A DNA stretch of 64,000 bases from an uncultured Planctomycetota bacterium (GCA_963823665.1 CAWGMQ010000003.1:96001-160000), one strand, 5' to 3'. Shown: positions 33,815 to 42,420, counted from the stretch's first letter. Numbers and translations: made by a program. Notes: a model not told the origin generated them from the letters alone.

Positions 33815-33943
33815 ACTTTCCGCATTGTGAAGGCGTCTCAAGAGCATACCCGCCTCGCGTCTGCCTTCGTTGGAGAAGGGCGGAGACTTGACCTCGCCCT
33901 TCAACCAATGCAGTCGTTTGACCTCGGCAGGCCCCGTGCTCAT
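33815..33943 (-). pseudogene. HigB/Gp49-like RelE toxin N-terminal fragment
   Basis: KRLHWLKGEVKSPPFSNEGRREAGMLLRRL, then similarity stops; the catalytic C-terminal part is missing. Confidence 0.7.
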
Positions 33944-34127
33944 CCATGAGGTTTAGGACAAAACTGTCATAATGTCAATCTGAATCGGCTGCATTGATCA
34001 GGAAATTGCTCGAATCGTGAAACGGTTGGTGCCGGATTTGGCTTCAGGCGATCGGCTCGCCCATCTCTTCGCGGAGGGGGAGGAGCGCGGGGAACGGCAG
34101 GGTTGCCAGACACCCACAGCGTTGCCA

Positions 34128-34288
34128 GGCAGGGTTGCCAGACACCCACAGATGGCACCGCGGAAAGTGGGTGTCTTTGCGTCACCCATCGATCGCAGAA
34201 CGCGAACGGGTGCGAGTTACGAGTGCCTGGCTTCTAACAAAACCCACTCCAGAGACCGGGCATCTGGCTGGCCAGAGTTTGGGTGTCT
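34128..34288 (+). repeat. ~160-bp repeat module, copy 1
   Basis: Near-identical to 35410-35571; the distal ~100 bp recurs at 42488-42587; contains AGACACCC and two GGGTGTCT. Confidence 0.85.
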
Positions 34289-34351
34289 GGCTTCCCCTCT
34301 GGCTTCCCCTGGCTCCCCTGGGTGTTTGGCTTCCCGAGAGGGTGGGTGTCT

Positions 34352-35084
34352 TTGCGTCAGGAAAAGCTCGAGAAAGGGGGAAGTGCCTCGAAACACAGAA
34401 ACCTTTCATCGCGACCCTGCGGGTTAACGAATCCCGCCCGGCAGAGCCTGGCCGGCAGCCGGAAGCAAGTCTTGCGTGGGGAGGGGTGACCCTCACTGCG
34501 AAGCGTAGACAGCGAGTCCACATGCCATGCTATCGAGCCCCGAAATACTCATCGTGGGAGCCTCCGTTGTAGACACAAGCGGGGGCCGTGTCGACACGCC
34601 GCAATGGCCTGGCGTGTTCGGTCCTGCCGGGGTCCAAGAACATGGCGCAGGGACGCGAGGGTTGCTCGGGAACCTGAGAGCCCCATCCGTCTCCACTGAC
34701 ATTTCCGGCTCGGGAACCGGAATACCAACTCCCCGGCCCACGACCCCGCGTCGGGTCGCTGGGAGCGAACAAGACGCAAGGGTGGTATCGCCAAGCGAAG
34801 GCAACGAAGTGCGGCGAAAGGGGCGGATGGGAGTCGGAGTGCTCCGTAGTAGCAGTGAAGCGGGGGAATGGGCCCTCCCAGACCCTGTGGAGCGAAGGGG
34901 GCACCGTGTCGTGGACTGGACGCCGGAACCACGCCGAGGGCATTGGACCTCAGAGCGCGTCACCGCGAGGCGACCAGATCGTGTGAGGGACAGCGACGCC
35001 GCGACATGACGAGCCGGATGCCTTAATTGGGCACGTCCGGATCAGTGGGAGCCCTGGCGGAGCGATCCGCCAGGGCGACCCGGC
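34352..35084 (+). ncRNA. ORF-less group II intron (733 nt)
   Basis: 5' TTGCG; domain V GAGCCGGATGCCTTAATTGGGCACGTCCGGATC (35011); domain VI hairpin ending GGCGACCCGGC; removing it restores GGGTGTCT^GGCTTCCC; EBS1-like AGACAC (34571) is complementary to the exon end GTGTCT. Confidence 0.88.
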
Positions 35085-35118
35085 GGCTTCCCTCTGGCTT
35101 CCCTCGCAACGACCGAGA

Positions 35119-35350
35119 GAGATTCCAGACGCCCATCTTTTGGTCACGGTCGACCGGATTCCATTCATTCGCGACTCGCACAATCGGCGCACAACCACGA
35201 GATTCCAGACACCCATCGTTTGGTCACGGTCCCCCGCATTCCATTCATTCGCGGCTCGCACGTTCGGCGCACAACCACGGCCTCTGGTCATTTCCAGCAC
35301 GCATCAGGCGAGTGTCCGACGCTCCGCAGACGGTGGGTGTCTGACATCCC
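35119..35350 (+). repeat. Two tandem 80-bp units plus a ~90-bp module also found at 43662-43750
   Basis: GAGATTCCAGACRCCCATC..CATTCATTCGCG..CGGCGCACAACCAC twice; CGGCGCACAACCACGGCCTCTGGTCATTTCCAGCACGCA..TCTGACATCC is duplicated at 43.7 kb. Confidence 0.8.
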
Positions 35351-35409
35351 GGTGTCTGACATCCCTGACATCCCTTCTTCAATAAGTCCTCGGGGACGAT
35401 GTGAATCGA

Positions 35410-35602
35410 GGCAGGGTTGCCAGACACCCACAGATGGCACTGCGGAAAGTGGGTGTCTTTGCGTCACCCATCGATCGCAGAACGCGAACGGGTGCGAGTT
35501 TACGAGTGCCTGGCTTCTAACAAAACCCACTCCAGAGACCGGGCATCTGGCTCGCCAGACTTTGGGTGTCTGACTTCCTTAGAGTTTGGGTGTCTGGCTT
35601 CA
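35410..35602 (+). repeat. ~160-bp repeat module, copy 2, plus extra GGGTGTCT motifs (left border of the AT-richer island)
   Basis: Direct repeat of 34128-34288; GGGTGTCT at 35451, 35564 and 35588. Confidence 0.85.
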
Positions 35603-35786
35603 GAATGATAGCTGATACGACGCCTGCCCAGCTCTTCCACATCCACGTTTGAAACCCAACCGCTTCGGCTATCTTAGTAATAAAACCGGTTACTTCTTCC
35701 TTCGGTGGCATCGCGGTTAAAATTTTGAAGTCATCATTCGCAATATTATACTGCCGCTTTATCTCCTCTCTTGTAGGTATGCTCAT
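35603..35786 (-). pseudogene. Truncated hypothetical gene (N-terminal fragment)
   Basis: GGAG RBS, then MSIPTREEIKRQY..WAGVVSAIIL running straight into the GGGTGTCT repeat. Confidence 0.45.
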
Positions 35787-35890
35787 GAGTTGTCTCCATG
35801 TTATACGCCGCACTTAGCTAACCCATTGTCACAACAGCGTAATCTGATTCAGGGCGGACGTCTACAGGCGGATAGCCACAACCAAAGAGA

Positions 35891-35929
35891 TTGTATCACT
35901 TGACATCAAACGATAACAAACGATACAAG
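35891..35929 (+). promoter_or_regulatory. Putative sigma70 promoter with direct-repeat operator
   Basis: TTGACA at 35900-35905; CAAACGATA twice (35907, 35917); inverted TTGTATC/GATACAA; ATG at 35936 has no obvious RBS. Confidence 0.5.
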
Positions 35930-35935
35930 AGACGC

Positions 35936-37948
35936 ATGGCATCCACGCAATGGCTGAATACGGACGAAGCGGCTCAATATCTGGGGCTTGGGAAAACATT
36001 TGTTTACGCAATGGCTCAGGAAGGTAAAATCCCGGCCAATAAAGTGGGTAAGCAATGGCGGTTTAACACTGTCCATCTCGACGAATGGCTTCGATCGAAA
36101 AAGGACATCAAGTCGTTCTTTAGCACTGTTGTTTTCAACATCGCTGACAACACCGAGCTTCGCCAACCGCAACAAGATGGGTATGACCGAATCTATGAGT
36201 TTTTCACGCGAGGCGGTCGCGTTGCAATTGTGCAATTTCCGGTAGGGTGCGGCAAGACCGGGCTTGCTGCAATCGCTCCATTCGGCATTTGCAAGGGCCG
36301 CGTTCTGTACATCGCTCCAAACCTGACGATAAACGGCGAATTATACGATAATCTGAACATTAGCAACCGTCAAAAGTGTTTCTGGCGGCGGCGGCATGTG
36401 CTCGATGAGAAAGACATGGCAAACGGGCCGTACGTAACGACACTTGACGACTCGAATGTTAATGTCTGCCAACAATCGCACATCATCGTTACGAATATCC
36501 AAGAGCTGGCGTTGGTAGACGAAAAGTGGCTTCACAAATTCGGCAGTGATTTCTTCGACATGATCGTTGTCGATGAGGCACATCACAATGCGGCTGCGAG
36601 CTGGCAGAAAGTGTTTCAGCAGTTTCCAGAGGCGAAGGTCTTAAACCTCACTGCAACCCCTTTCCGAAGCGACAAAAAGGAGATACAGGGCGACCTTGTT
36701 TACCGCTATTCATTCAAAAATGCCGCGATTAAAGGCTACATAAAAAAACTGCGTGCCAGTTATGTGGCTCCAGACGAAGTAGTGATGTTCACGGCGGAGG
36801 GCAAAAAGACGACTTACACCCTCGCCGAAGTTATGAAAATGAAGGAAGATGAATGGTTTAGCAAAAACATCGCCTTATCCGAAGCGTGCAACACGAATAT
36901 CGTAAATAACAGTCTGGAAAAGCTCGAGCATCTGAGGCTGACTGGAACACGACACCAGGTTATCGCCGTGGCGTGTTCGATTCGGCACGCTAAGCAGGTT
37001 GCAGCACTCTACAAAGAGCGGGGCTTCTCTTGCGAAATTCTGCACAGCCACATGAAAGAGGATGAGCAGACGCAAGTACTGCTCAGCCTGCGAAACGGGA
37101 CGCTTGATTGTATTGTTCAGGTCGCGATGCTGGGTGAAGGTTTCGATCATCCCAAGCTGAGCGTAGCGGCGATCTTTCGCCCATTCCGCACATTGGCCCC
37201 GTACATCCAGTTTGTCGGCCGGATCATGCGGGTCATCGTGCAAAATAACCCAACGCACCCAGATAATTACGGCCACATCGTGACGCACGTCGGCATGAAT
37301 CAGGATGTGTTGCTGAAAGAATTTCGCGAGTTTGAGAGGGATGACGAAGAGTTCTGGGCAAAAGTCATCGGCGGTGAAGAGCCCGAGCCCCCGGGCAACG
37401 TGACATCTGGGGCTGCTCGCCTCCGTGGCCACAACGACGTGCGGATCCACGAAGAGATCGTAGACAATCTGTTTGAGGAAGCGTTCCTGGACGAAGATGA
37501 CGAAGCCATGTTGAAGGCAATTCGCGAGCAGCTAGAGGCACTTGGGCTTGATCCTGCGGCTGCCCAGGAAATGTATGAAAAAGCTAAACGGGGACGTTCC
37601 GGCCTGCAAAAGGTCGATGCTGCGGAACCTTTTGCAGTGCTCCCACAGAAAGCATTTCAAGAGGCCCGAATACTGTTATTAGATGATGTAAAACACCACG
37701 CCAAGATACTGCTTAACCGATGTGAATTACCGCTGATGGGCATGGAGCTTCAGGCGAAAAAAGCAATCCTGGGTCCGAATCTGGCGGTGGCGACCATTAT
37801 GTTCAATAAGGAACTCGGTAAGAGGGCGGTAAATAAGGAAGCTCGCTCACAGTGGTCGGTAGACGATTTCAAAGCCGCGAAAGACCTCCTCCCGGATATC
37901 CTGAACGCATTAACCCGTCAACTGAAGAAAGTACTCGCGGATGAGTAA
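35936..37948 (+). CDS. Excisionase-like HTH (HTH_17) fused to a SF2 DEAH helicase (ResIII-like)
   Basis: WLNTDEAAQYLGLGKTFVYAMAQEGKIPANKVGKQWRF; LRQPQ, PVGCGKT, VDEAHH, LTATP, MLGEGFDHP, QFVGRIMR. Confidence 0.88.
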   Translation: MASTQWLNTDEAAQYLGLGKTFVYAMAQEGKIPANKVGKQWRFNTVHLDEWLRSKKDIKSFFSTVVFNIADNTELRQPQQDGYDRIYEFFTRGGRVAIVQFPVGCGKTGLAAIAPFGICKGRVLYIAPNLTINGELYDNLNISNRQKCFWRRRHVLDEKDMANGPYVTTLDDSNVNVCQQSHIIVTNIQELALVDEKWLHKFGSDFFDMIVVDEAHHNAAASWQKVFQQFPEAKVLNLTATPFRSDKKEIQGDLVYRYSFKNAAIKGYIKKLRASYVAPDEVVMFTAEGKKTTYTLAEVMKMKEDEWFSKNIALSEACNTNIVNNSLEKLEHLRLTGTRHQVIAVACSIRHAKQVAALYKERGFSCEILHSHMKEDEQTQVLLSLRNGTLDCIVQVAMLGEGFDHPKLSVAAIFRPFRTLAPYIQFVGRIMRVIVQNNPTHPDNYGHIVTHVGMNQDVLLKEFREFERDDEEFWAKVIGGEEPEPPGNVTSGAARLRGHNDVRIHEEIVDNLFEEAFLDEDDEAMLKAIREQLEALGLDPAAAQEMYEKAKRGRSGLQKVDAAEPFAVLPQKAFQEARILLLDDVKHHAKILLNRCELPLMGMELQAKKAILGPNLAVATIMFNKELGKRAVNKEARSQWSVDDFKAAKDLLPDILNALTRQLKKVLADE

Positions 37949-38198
37949 ACCGCCATCCCTGATTAGTGGCTGCAACGGTAAACCGGAAGCGTACCAAGCA
38001 AGCCGTCAGGTAACGTGTTGCCGTTGTGACACGAAAATCGTGAAAGACGGTGCTGCTGTCAAAATCCCAACGAAGACGCAAGGCTACGCGGCGAAAAAAA
38101 TCTACTGTCTAGTCTGTTTTGCCGCGATCGTTAAACAGACACGCCTGGATTTAACTCACCTTGAGCAAACATTGATCCCGATACACGCCGCACAATGA
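37941..38198 (+). CDS. Small Zn-ribbon-like protein
   Basis: Overlaps the helicase stop by 8 nt; CCRC...YCLVC. Confidence 0.7.
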   Translation: MSKPPSLISGCNGKPEAYQASRQVTCCRCDTKIVKDGAAVKIPTKTQGYAAKKIYCLVCFAAIVKQTRLDLTHLEQTLIPIHAAQ

Positions 38199-38229
38199 GA
38201 GTTGTGCCTGGGCGGTCAAAGGTGACGCG

Positions 38230-38700
38230 ATGATACTTCCGGCAGGGACAGTGAGGTGCAACATGTGCGGCGGTAGCGGTATCTCGAGGCTGAGCAACCT
38301 CGCATGCGAGGAATGCAACGCTTTTGGGTTTCGCCCGGCTGATCCGACACGGACCTTGCGGTGCAACATTTGTGGAGGCAGCGGGATATCGAGGCTATCC
38401 TCACAAAAGTGTGAAAGATGTGATGGATACGGCACCGTCGCTCCACCGAGCTTTGTTCGCGGCGGCGATGACAATGTGGTAAGGAGGGGTTTGAAAATAC
38501 CGTGGCCGAAAGGATTAGGGCAGCGGGGTGACGTGGTGCTTGCCACGGTGGAGATCGCATTGTTCGTTGCAGCAGCGGTTTTCGGAATACTCTGGATTAG
38601 AGCGTCAGGCAGCAGCTATGAAGCGTTGGCCGCGTTCTTCGCCCTAGTAAGCGGCGGGGGCGTCGGCCAGTTGCGTCGCTATCTAGGGCACCGGCAGTGA
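38230..38700 (+). CDS. DnaJ-type CxxCxGxG zinc-finger protein with two C-terminal TM helices
   Basis: CNMCGGSG, CEECNAFG, CNICGGSG, CERCDGYG; two hydrophobic segments. Confidence 0.65.
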   Translation: MILPAGTVRCNMCGGSGISRLSNLACEECNAFGFRPADPTRTLRCNICGGSGISRLSSQKCERCDGYGTVAPPSFVRGGDDNVVRRGLKIPWPKGLGQRGDVVLATVEIALFVAAAVFGILWIRASGSSYEALAAFFALVSGGGVGQLRRYLGHRQ

Positions 38701-38873
38701 ATCGTCGTCTGATCGTGTTCCCGATCCAAGTCGACCACGACATGGGCGGTGAATAGCTCGGATTATCCGACGCCAAGAAGATTGGCGGTTGCTGGGAGGC
38801 GTCGCTTGCCTTACAAGGTAGAGAATCGATGCCTGCGGGTAGTCATGTTGCCAATCACTTAACGATTATTAGT

Positions 38874-39530
38874 ATGGACAAATCCACACTTACGGTCGAA
38901 CTATTGCTGGATGAGGCGAAGATCTTCTCAGAACAAGAATCGGTGCACCCAGAACCGACAATTTTCGGCGTGACCGATGGAAAAGCCATCGGCACCTATC
39001 TCGAGCATAAGTTTCAGCAGCATTTAGAAATAAAGTATGTGCATGCTCCTGGAAATTCTGCGAGCGGCATCGACCTGCCCGGCCTCGCGGTGGATATGAA
39101 AGTAACAAGCATTCGTCAGCCGCAGTCGTCGTGCCCTTTCAAACATGCTCGTCAAAAGATCTACGGCCTCGGATATTCGTTGCTTGTTTTCGTATATGAC
39201 AAGACAGATGATTCAGCAAATCGCACCGCGATTTTGAACATCCAACACACCATCTTTATTGACGCCAAACAGACGGGCGATTTCCAGATGACCAAGGGCT
39301 TGCGCGAAATCATCGAACGGGAAGGCAATGAGGACGACCTGGTTTCTTTCATGCAAGACAAAATGCTGCCGGTGGATGAGATCGAGGTCCGTCGGATCGC
39401 ACAGGATCTTTTGAAATCGCCCCCCGAGCAAGGCTATCTTACAATCTCGAACGCACTGCAATGGCGGCTTCAGTATGGTAGGGTGATCGTACAAGCCGGT
39501 GCAGTAGCAGGGATTACAAGGATACGGTAA
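38874..39530 (+). CDS. Type II restriction endonuclease (resembles the NspV family)
   Basis: GVTDGKAIGTYLEHKF, GIDLP..VDMKVTS (PD-D/ExK), QPQSSCPF, NALQWRLQY; directly upstream of an MTase. Confidence 0.8.
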   Translation: MDKSTLTVELLLDEAKIFSEQESVHPEPTIFGVTDGKAIGTYLEHKFQQHLEIKYVHAPGNSASGIDLPGLAVDMKVTSIRQPQSSCPFKHARQKIYGLGYSLLVFVYDKTDDSANRTAILNIQHTIFIDAKQTGDFQMTKGLREIIEREGNEDDLVSFMQDKMLPVDEIEVRRIAQDLLKSPPEQGYLTISNALQWRLQYGRVIVQAGAVAGITRIR

Positions 39531-39534
39531 ATCA

Positions 39535-41055
39535 ATGGCTTCTGGAAGGATCGCAGCGGTGCCCGATGAGTTCGGCGATTTTCAAACTCCTGAAACCTTG
39601 GCGGCGAGTGCATGTCGGCTTCTTTCGGGACGTGGCCTGAACCCGGCTTCTGTTCTCGAACCGACCTGCGGTGTGGGCAATTTTCTGCTAGCGGCAATCG
39701 AGCAGTTTCCCGATTTGACGACCGGAAGCGGCATCGATATTAATAATGACTATGTGTGCCTGGTTAGAAAAAGGCTAATCGACGGCTCTTATGCCGATAA
39801 GGTGAAAGTCCTTCAGGAGAGCTTCTTCGACGTCGACTGGAAGACCATTCTCCACGATTTGCCGGAACCAATCCTCGTTGTCGGAAACCCGCCGTGGGTG
39901 ACGAATTCGACACTCGGCGTGATCGGAAGTTCAAACCTGCCGAAAAAATCCAACTTCCAGAATTTCAACGGGCTGGAAGCCCTTACCGGCAAAAGCAATT
40001 TCGATATATCGGAATGGATGCTGATAAAACTGTTGGAAATGCTCGATGGACGTAGGGCAACTCTGGCCATGCTATGCAAAACGGCGGTTGCCCGAAAGGT
40101 CTTGGTCAATGCTTGGAAAAACGATGTCGGCCTAGCTGGTGCCGAAATCTATCCAATAGACGCCGCGGCGTCGTTCGGTGCTGCCGTCGATGCCTGCCTG
40201 TTGGTCTGCTCTCTGTCGCCCGCCAGTCACGGTCGGGATTGCCGCGTTTTCAAGAGTTTGGAAGATTCAATGCAGGTCGCGACCATCGGCTTTCACGATG
40301 GCCAGTTGGTGGCGGACGTTTCGGCCTACGAGCGTTGGAAGCACTTAAGTGGAAAGGAAGTCTACAAGTGGCGTTCCGGCGTCAAGCACGATTGCTCGAA
40401 GGTGATGGAACTGCGAAGAGAAGGCAATAACTTTCGCAACGGATTTGACGAACTAATTGATTTGGAATTGGATTATGTTTATCCGATGTTGAAAAGCTCG
40501 GAGATTACTAATGGGAAGAGCAAGCAACCGACCCGCTGGATGCTGGTTACACAGAAAGCCGTAGGCGATGAGACATCGGCCATACGATTGGACGCACCAA
40601 GAACTTGGGCGTACTTACAGAAGCAAGGCGAATTGCTGGATCGCAGGGGCAGCTCAATTTACCGGAATCGTCCTCGATTCTCGGTGTTCGGCGTCGGCGA
40701 TTACTCGTTTGCACAGTGGAAGGTGGCAATTTCTGGATTTTACAAGAAGCTGCAGTTCGCGACTATTGGTCCCCATGAGGGAAAGCCGGTAGTTCTTGAT
40801 GATACGTCGTATTTTGTGGCGTGCCAAAGTGAGCGGGAAGCCCGATTCATCGCGGATTTGCTAAACTCTGACACTGCCCGCGAGTACTTCTCTGCGTTCG
40901 TGTTCTGGGATGCAAAACGTCCGATAACGATTGACATACTGCGGCGGCTCGATCTGGCCGCTTTGGCGTATGAGCTCGGCTCGATCGACACTTTGGAGAG
41001 TTTTCGGGCAAAATCGCGAACGCACCAGCCCTATCGCCAAGTTGAGCTATTCTGA
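39535..41055 (+). CDS. N6-adenine DNA methyltransferase (gamma class; resembles M.NspV)
   Basis: FGDFQTP, VLEPTCGVGNF (motif I) before VVGNPPW (motif IV); C-terminal TRD WRSGVKHDCSKVME. Confidence 0.88.
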   Translation: MASGRIAAVPDEFGDFQTPETLAASACRLLSGRGLNPASVLEPTCGVGNFLLAAIEQFPDLTTGSGIDINNDYVCLVRKRLIDGSYADKVKVLQESFFDVDWKTILHDLPEPILVVGNPPWVTNSTLGVIGSSNLPKKSNFQNFNGLEALTGKSNFDISEWMLIKLLEMLDGRRATLAMLCKTAVARKVLVNAWKNDVGLAGAEIYPIDAAASFGAAVDACLLVCSLSPASHGRDCRVFKSLEDSMQVATIGFHDGQLVADVSAYERWKHLSGKEVYKWRSGVKHDCSKVMELRREGNNFRNGFDELIDLELDYVYPMLKSSEITNGKSKQPTRWMLVTQKAVGDETSAIRLDAPRTWAYLQKQGELLDRRGSSIYRNRPRFSVFGVGDYSFAQWKVAISGFYKKLQFATIGPHEGKPVVLDDTSYFVACQSEREARFIADLLNSDTAREYFSAFVFWDAKRPITIDILRRLDLAALAYELGSIDTLESFRAKSRTHQPYRQVELF

Positions 41056-41126
41056 AACGTTGACGCGTCTATTCGGTGATTCAAAACCAAGGCGGGGCAG
41101 GCGTGCGGAGTGCGAGAGCGATGGAG

Positions 41127-41798
41127 TCAGGCCAGAGCGTCATCGGAATCTTGCTCCTGACCATCCCGATCGAACGAGTCCGCATACTGCTGTAATACTT
41201 CTGACATTTCATACCGGCTTTGTTCAAGATCTGTCTCCACATTCAAGCCGAAATCGATGGCTTCTAGACCGGCGAGAACCTCGCTCATGGTTGTAGAAAA
41301 GGCGTGTAGACTGATTGTCTGATTTAGTGGGGTTGCATGCTTGCCATCCCGATCGATGGGGTAGCGATAGGAGAATGATTCGGGATCGATGCGGGCGAAC
41401 TCGGACGCCGTTGTCAGTGTTTTTTGCAGGAAGAACTCCAGATCATTGTCGTTTGGGAACAATCGTCTGAGTATCTTCGCGGCAGCTTCGGCGAGCGGCA
41501 CAAGCCGGTGGTCGTTCCAGAGTTTTCTTGGGAAGTCATGAATACCCTTAAATGCACACAGCAAAGCTGGCGTATAGATGACGTGCTTTAGATACAATTC
41601 AAATGCGTGCCGATATAAGAAAACAGCAGGATACGCTTCGTAATCGCGGAAGCCGTACTCCCTGGCGAGGAGTTCCTTCGCCAACATCTCTGCTGCACGG
41701 CTATATCCTTTGGCAAATACGCCGAAGTGATCCTTCGGTGTACTGCCAAAGCCAATACTGAAATCGTGTGTGTTGCTGATCGTGTTGTAAAAAGCCAT
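41127..41798 (-). CDS. HEPN-like hypothetical protein
   Basis: YPAVFLYRHAFELYLK..HRLVPL..DPESFSYRYP follows the E-xx-LK / H-x-L-xx-L / RYP HEPN pattern. Confidence 0.6.
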   Translation of the reverse strand: MAFYNTISNTHDFSIGFGSTPKDHFGVFAKGYSRAAEMLAKELLAREYGFRDYEAYPAVFLYRHAFELYLKHVIYTPALLCAFKGIHDFPRKLWNDHRLVPLAEAAAKILRRLFPNDNDLEFFLQKTLTTASEFARIDPESFSYRYPIDRDGKHATPLNQTISLHAFSTTMSEVLAGLEAIDFGLNVETDLEQSRYEMSEVLQQYADSFDRDGQEQDSDDALA

Positions 41799-42162
41799 GG
41801 TCACGCACCTGACAAGCCCGTCTCAGTAAAACCACAGATTCCATGCGCCCAGACACACTCATAATAGTTTGGTTCGGTAACTGGTACTATGCCCACGGCC
41901 TGGCTTCGTCGCATTTCCCCGCCACATTTGTCTCACGCACCAGATAGCCGAATTTTCCTGCCTCGTCAAAAAAAGACGGGCCAGTTACCCACCCCCCGCC
42001 TGCTTCAGCGTTGTGGTTCACACTCCGCCGGGGCGTGGATAACTGGCCCGGCATCCTGCCATTAACCACTCATCACGCGGCTAAGCGTAAATCCTTACTG
42101 TGTCAGTCGGATGGCTAAATAGCCTGTTTTCAGGCTGTTTTCGCGTAAGGAGATTCCAGACA

Positions 42163-42420
42163 TCGCGCCAAGAAGCTCGGAAAGGGAGGATCATCTTAAA
42201 TGTGAAACCTTTTAGTCGAACCCTGCGGGTATACAATCCCGTCCGGCAGAGCCTGGCCAGCAGCCGGAAGCCAGTCTTGTATGTGGGGAGGCGACTCTCA
42301 CTGCGAAGCGTAGACAGCGAGATCAAACGCTGTGCGATTGAGCCCCGAAATTTCCCTCTTTGTTCTGAGCCCTCGTCCTTGTCTGACGCGGGGGGCCGCG
42401 CCGGGCATTAGCGACACCTG
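42163..42420 (+). ncRNA. Group II intron 5' fragment (domain I), second lineage
   Basis: Colinear with 34352-34600 (ACCCTGCGGGT..CCGGCAGAGCCTGGCC..CACTGCGAAGCGTAGACAGCGAG..GAGCCCCGAAAT); EBS1-position loop reads TGTCTG (42380); no domain V/VI found. Confidence 0.82.

Noticed and set aside
34493..35009. Several 130-160 aa ORFs on both strands
   Set aside because: They overlie the structured intron RNA and contain no RT motifs (no YADD).
34097..35602. Possible CRISPR or attC cassette array
   Set aside because: Repeats vary in length and orientation, show no regular spacing or clear attC R-box structure, and there is no tyrosine integrase.
30986..42150. Prophage or ICE suggested by the recombinase and excisionase-like domain
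   Set aside because: No capsid, terminase, tail, relaxase or T4SS genes; the Xis-like domain is fused to a helicase.
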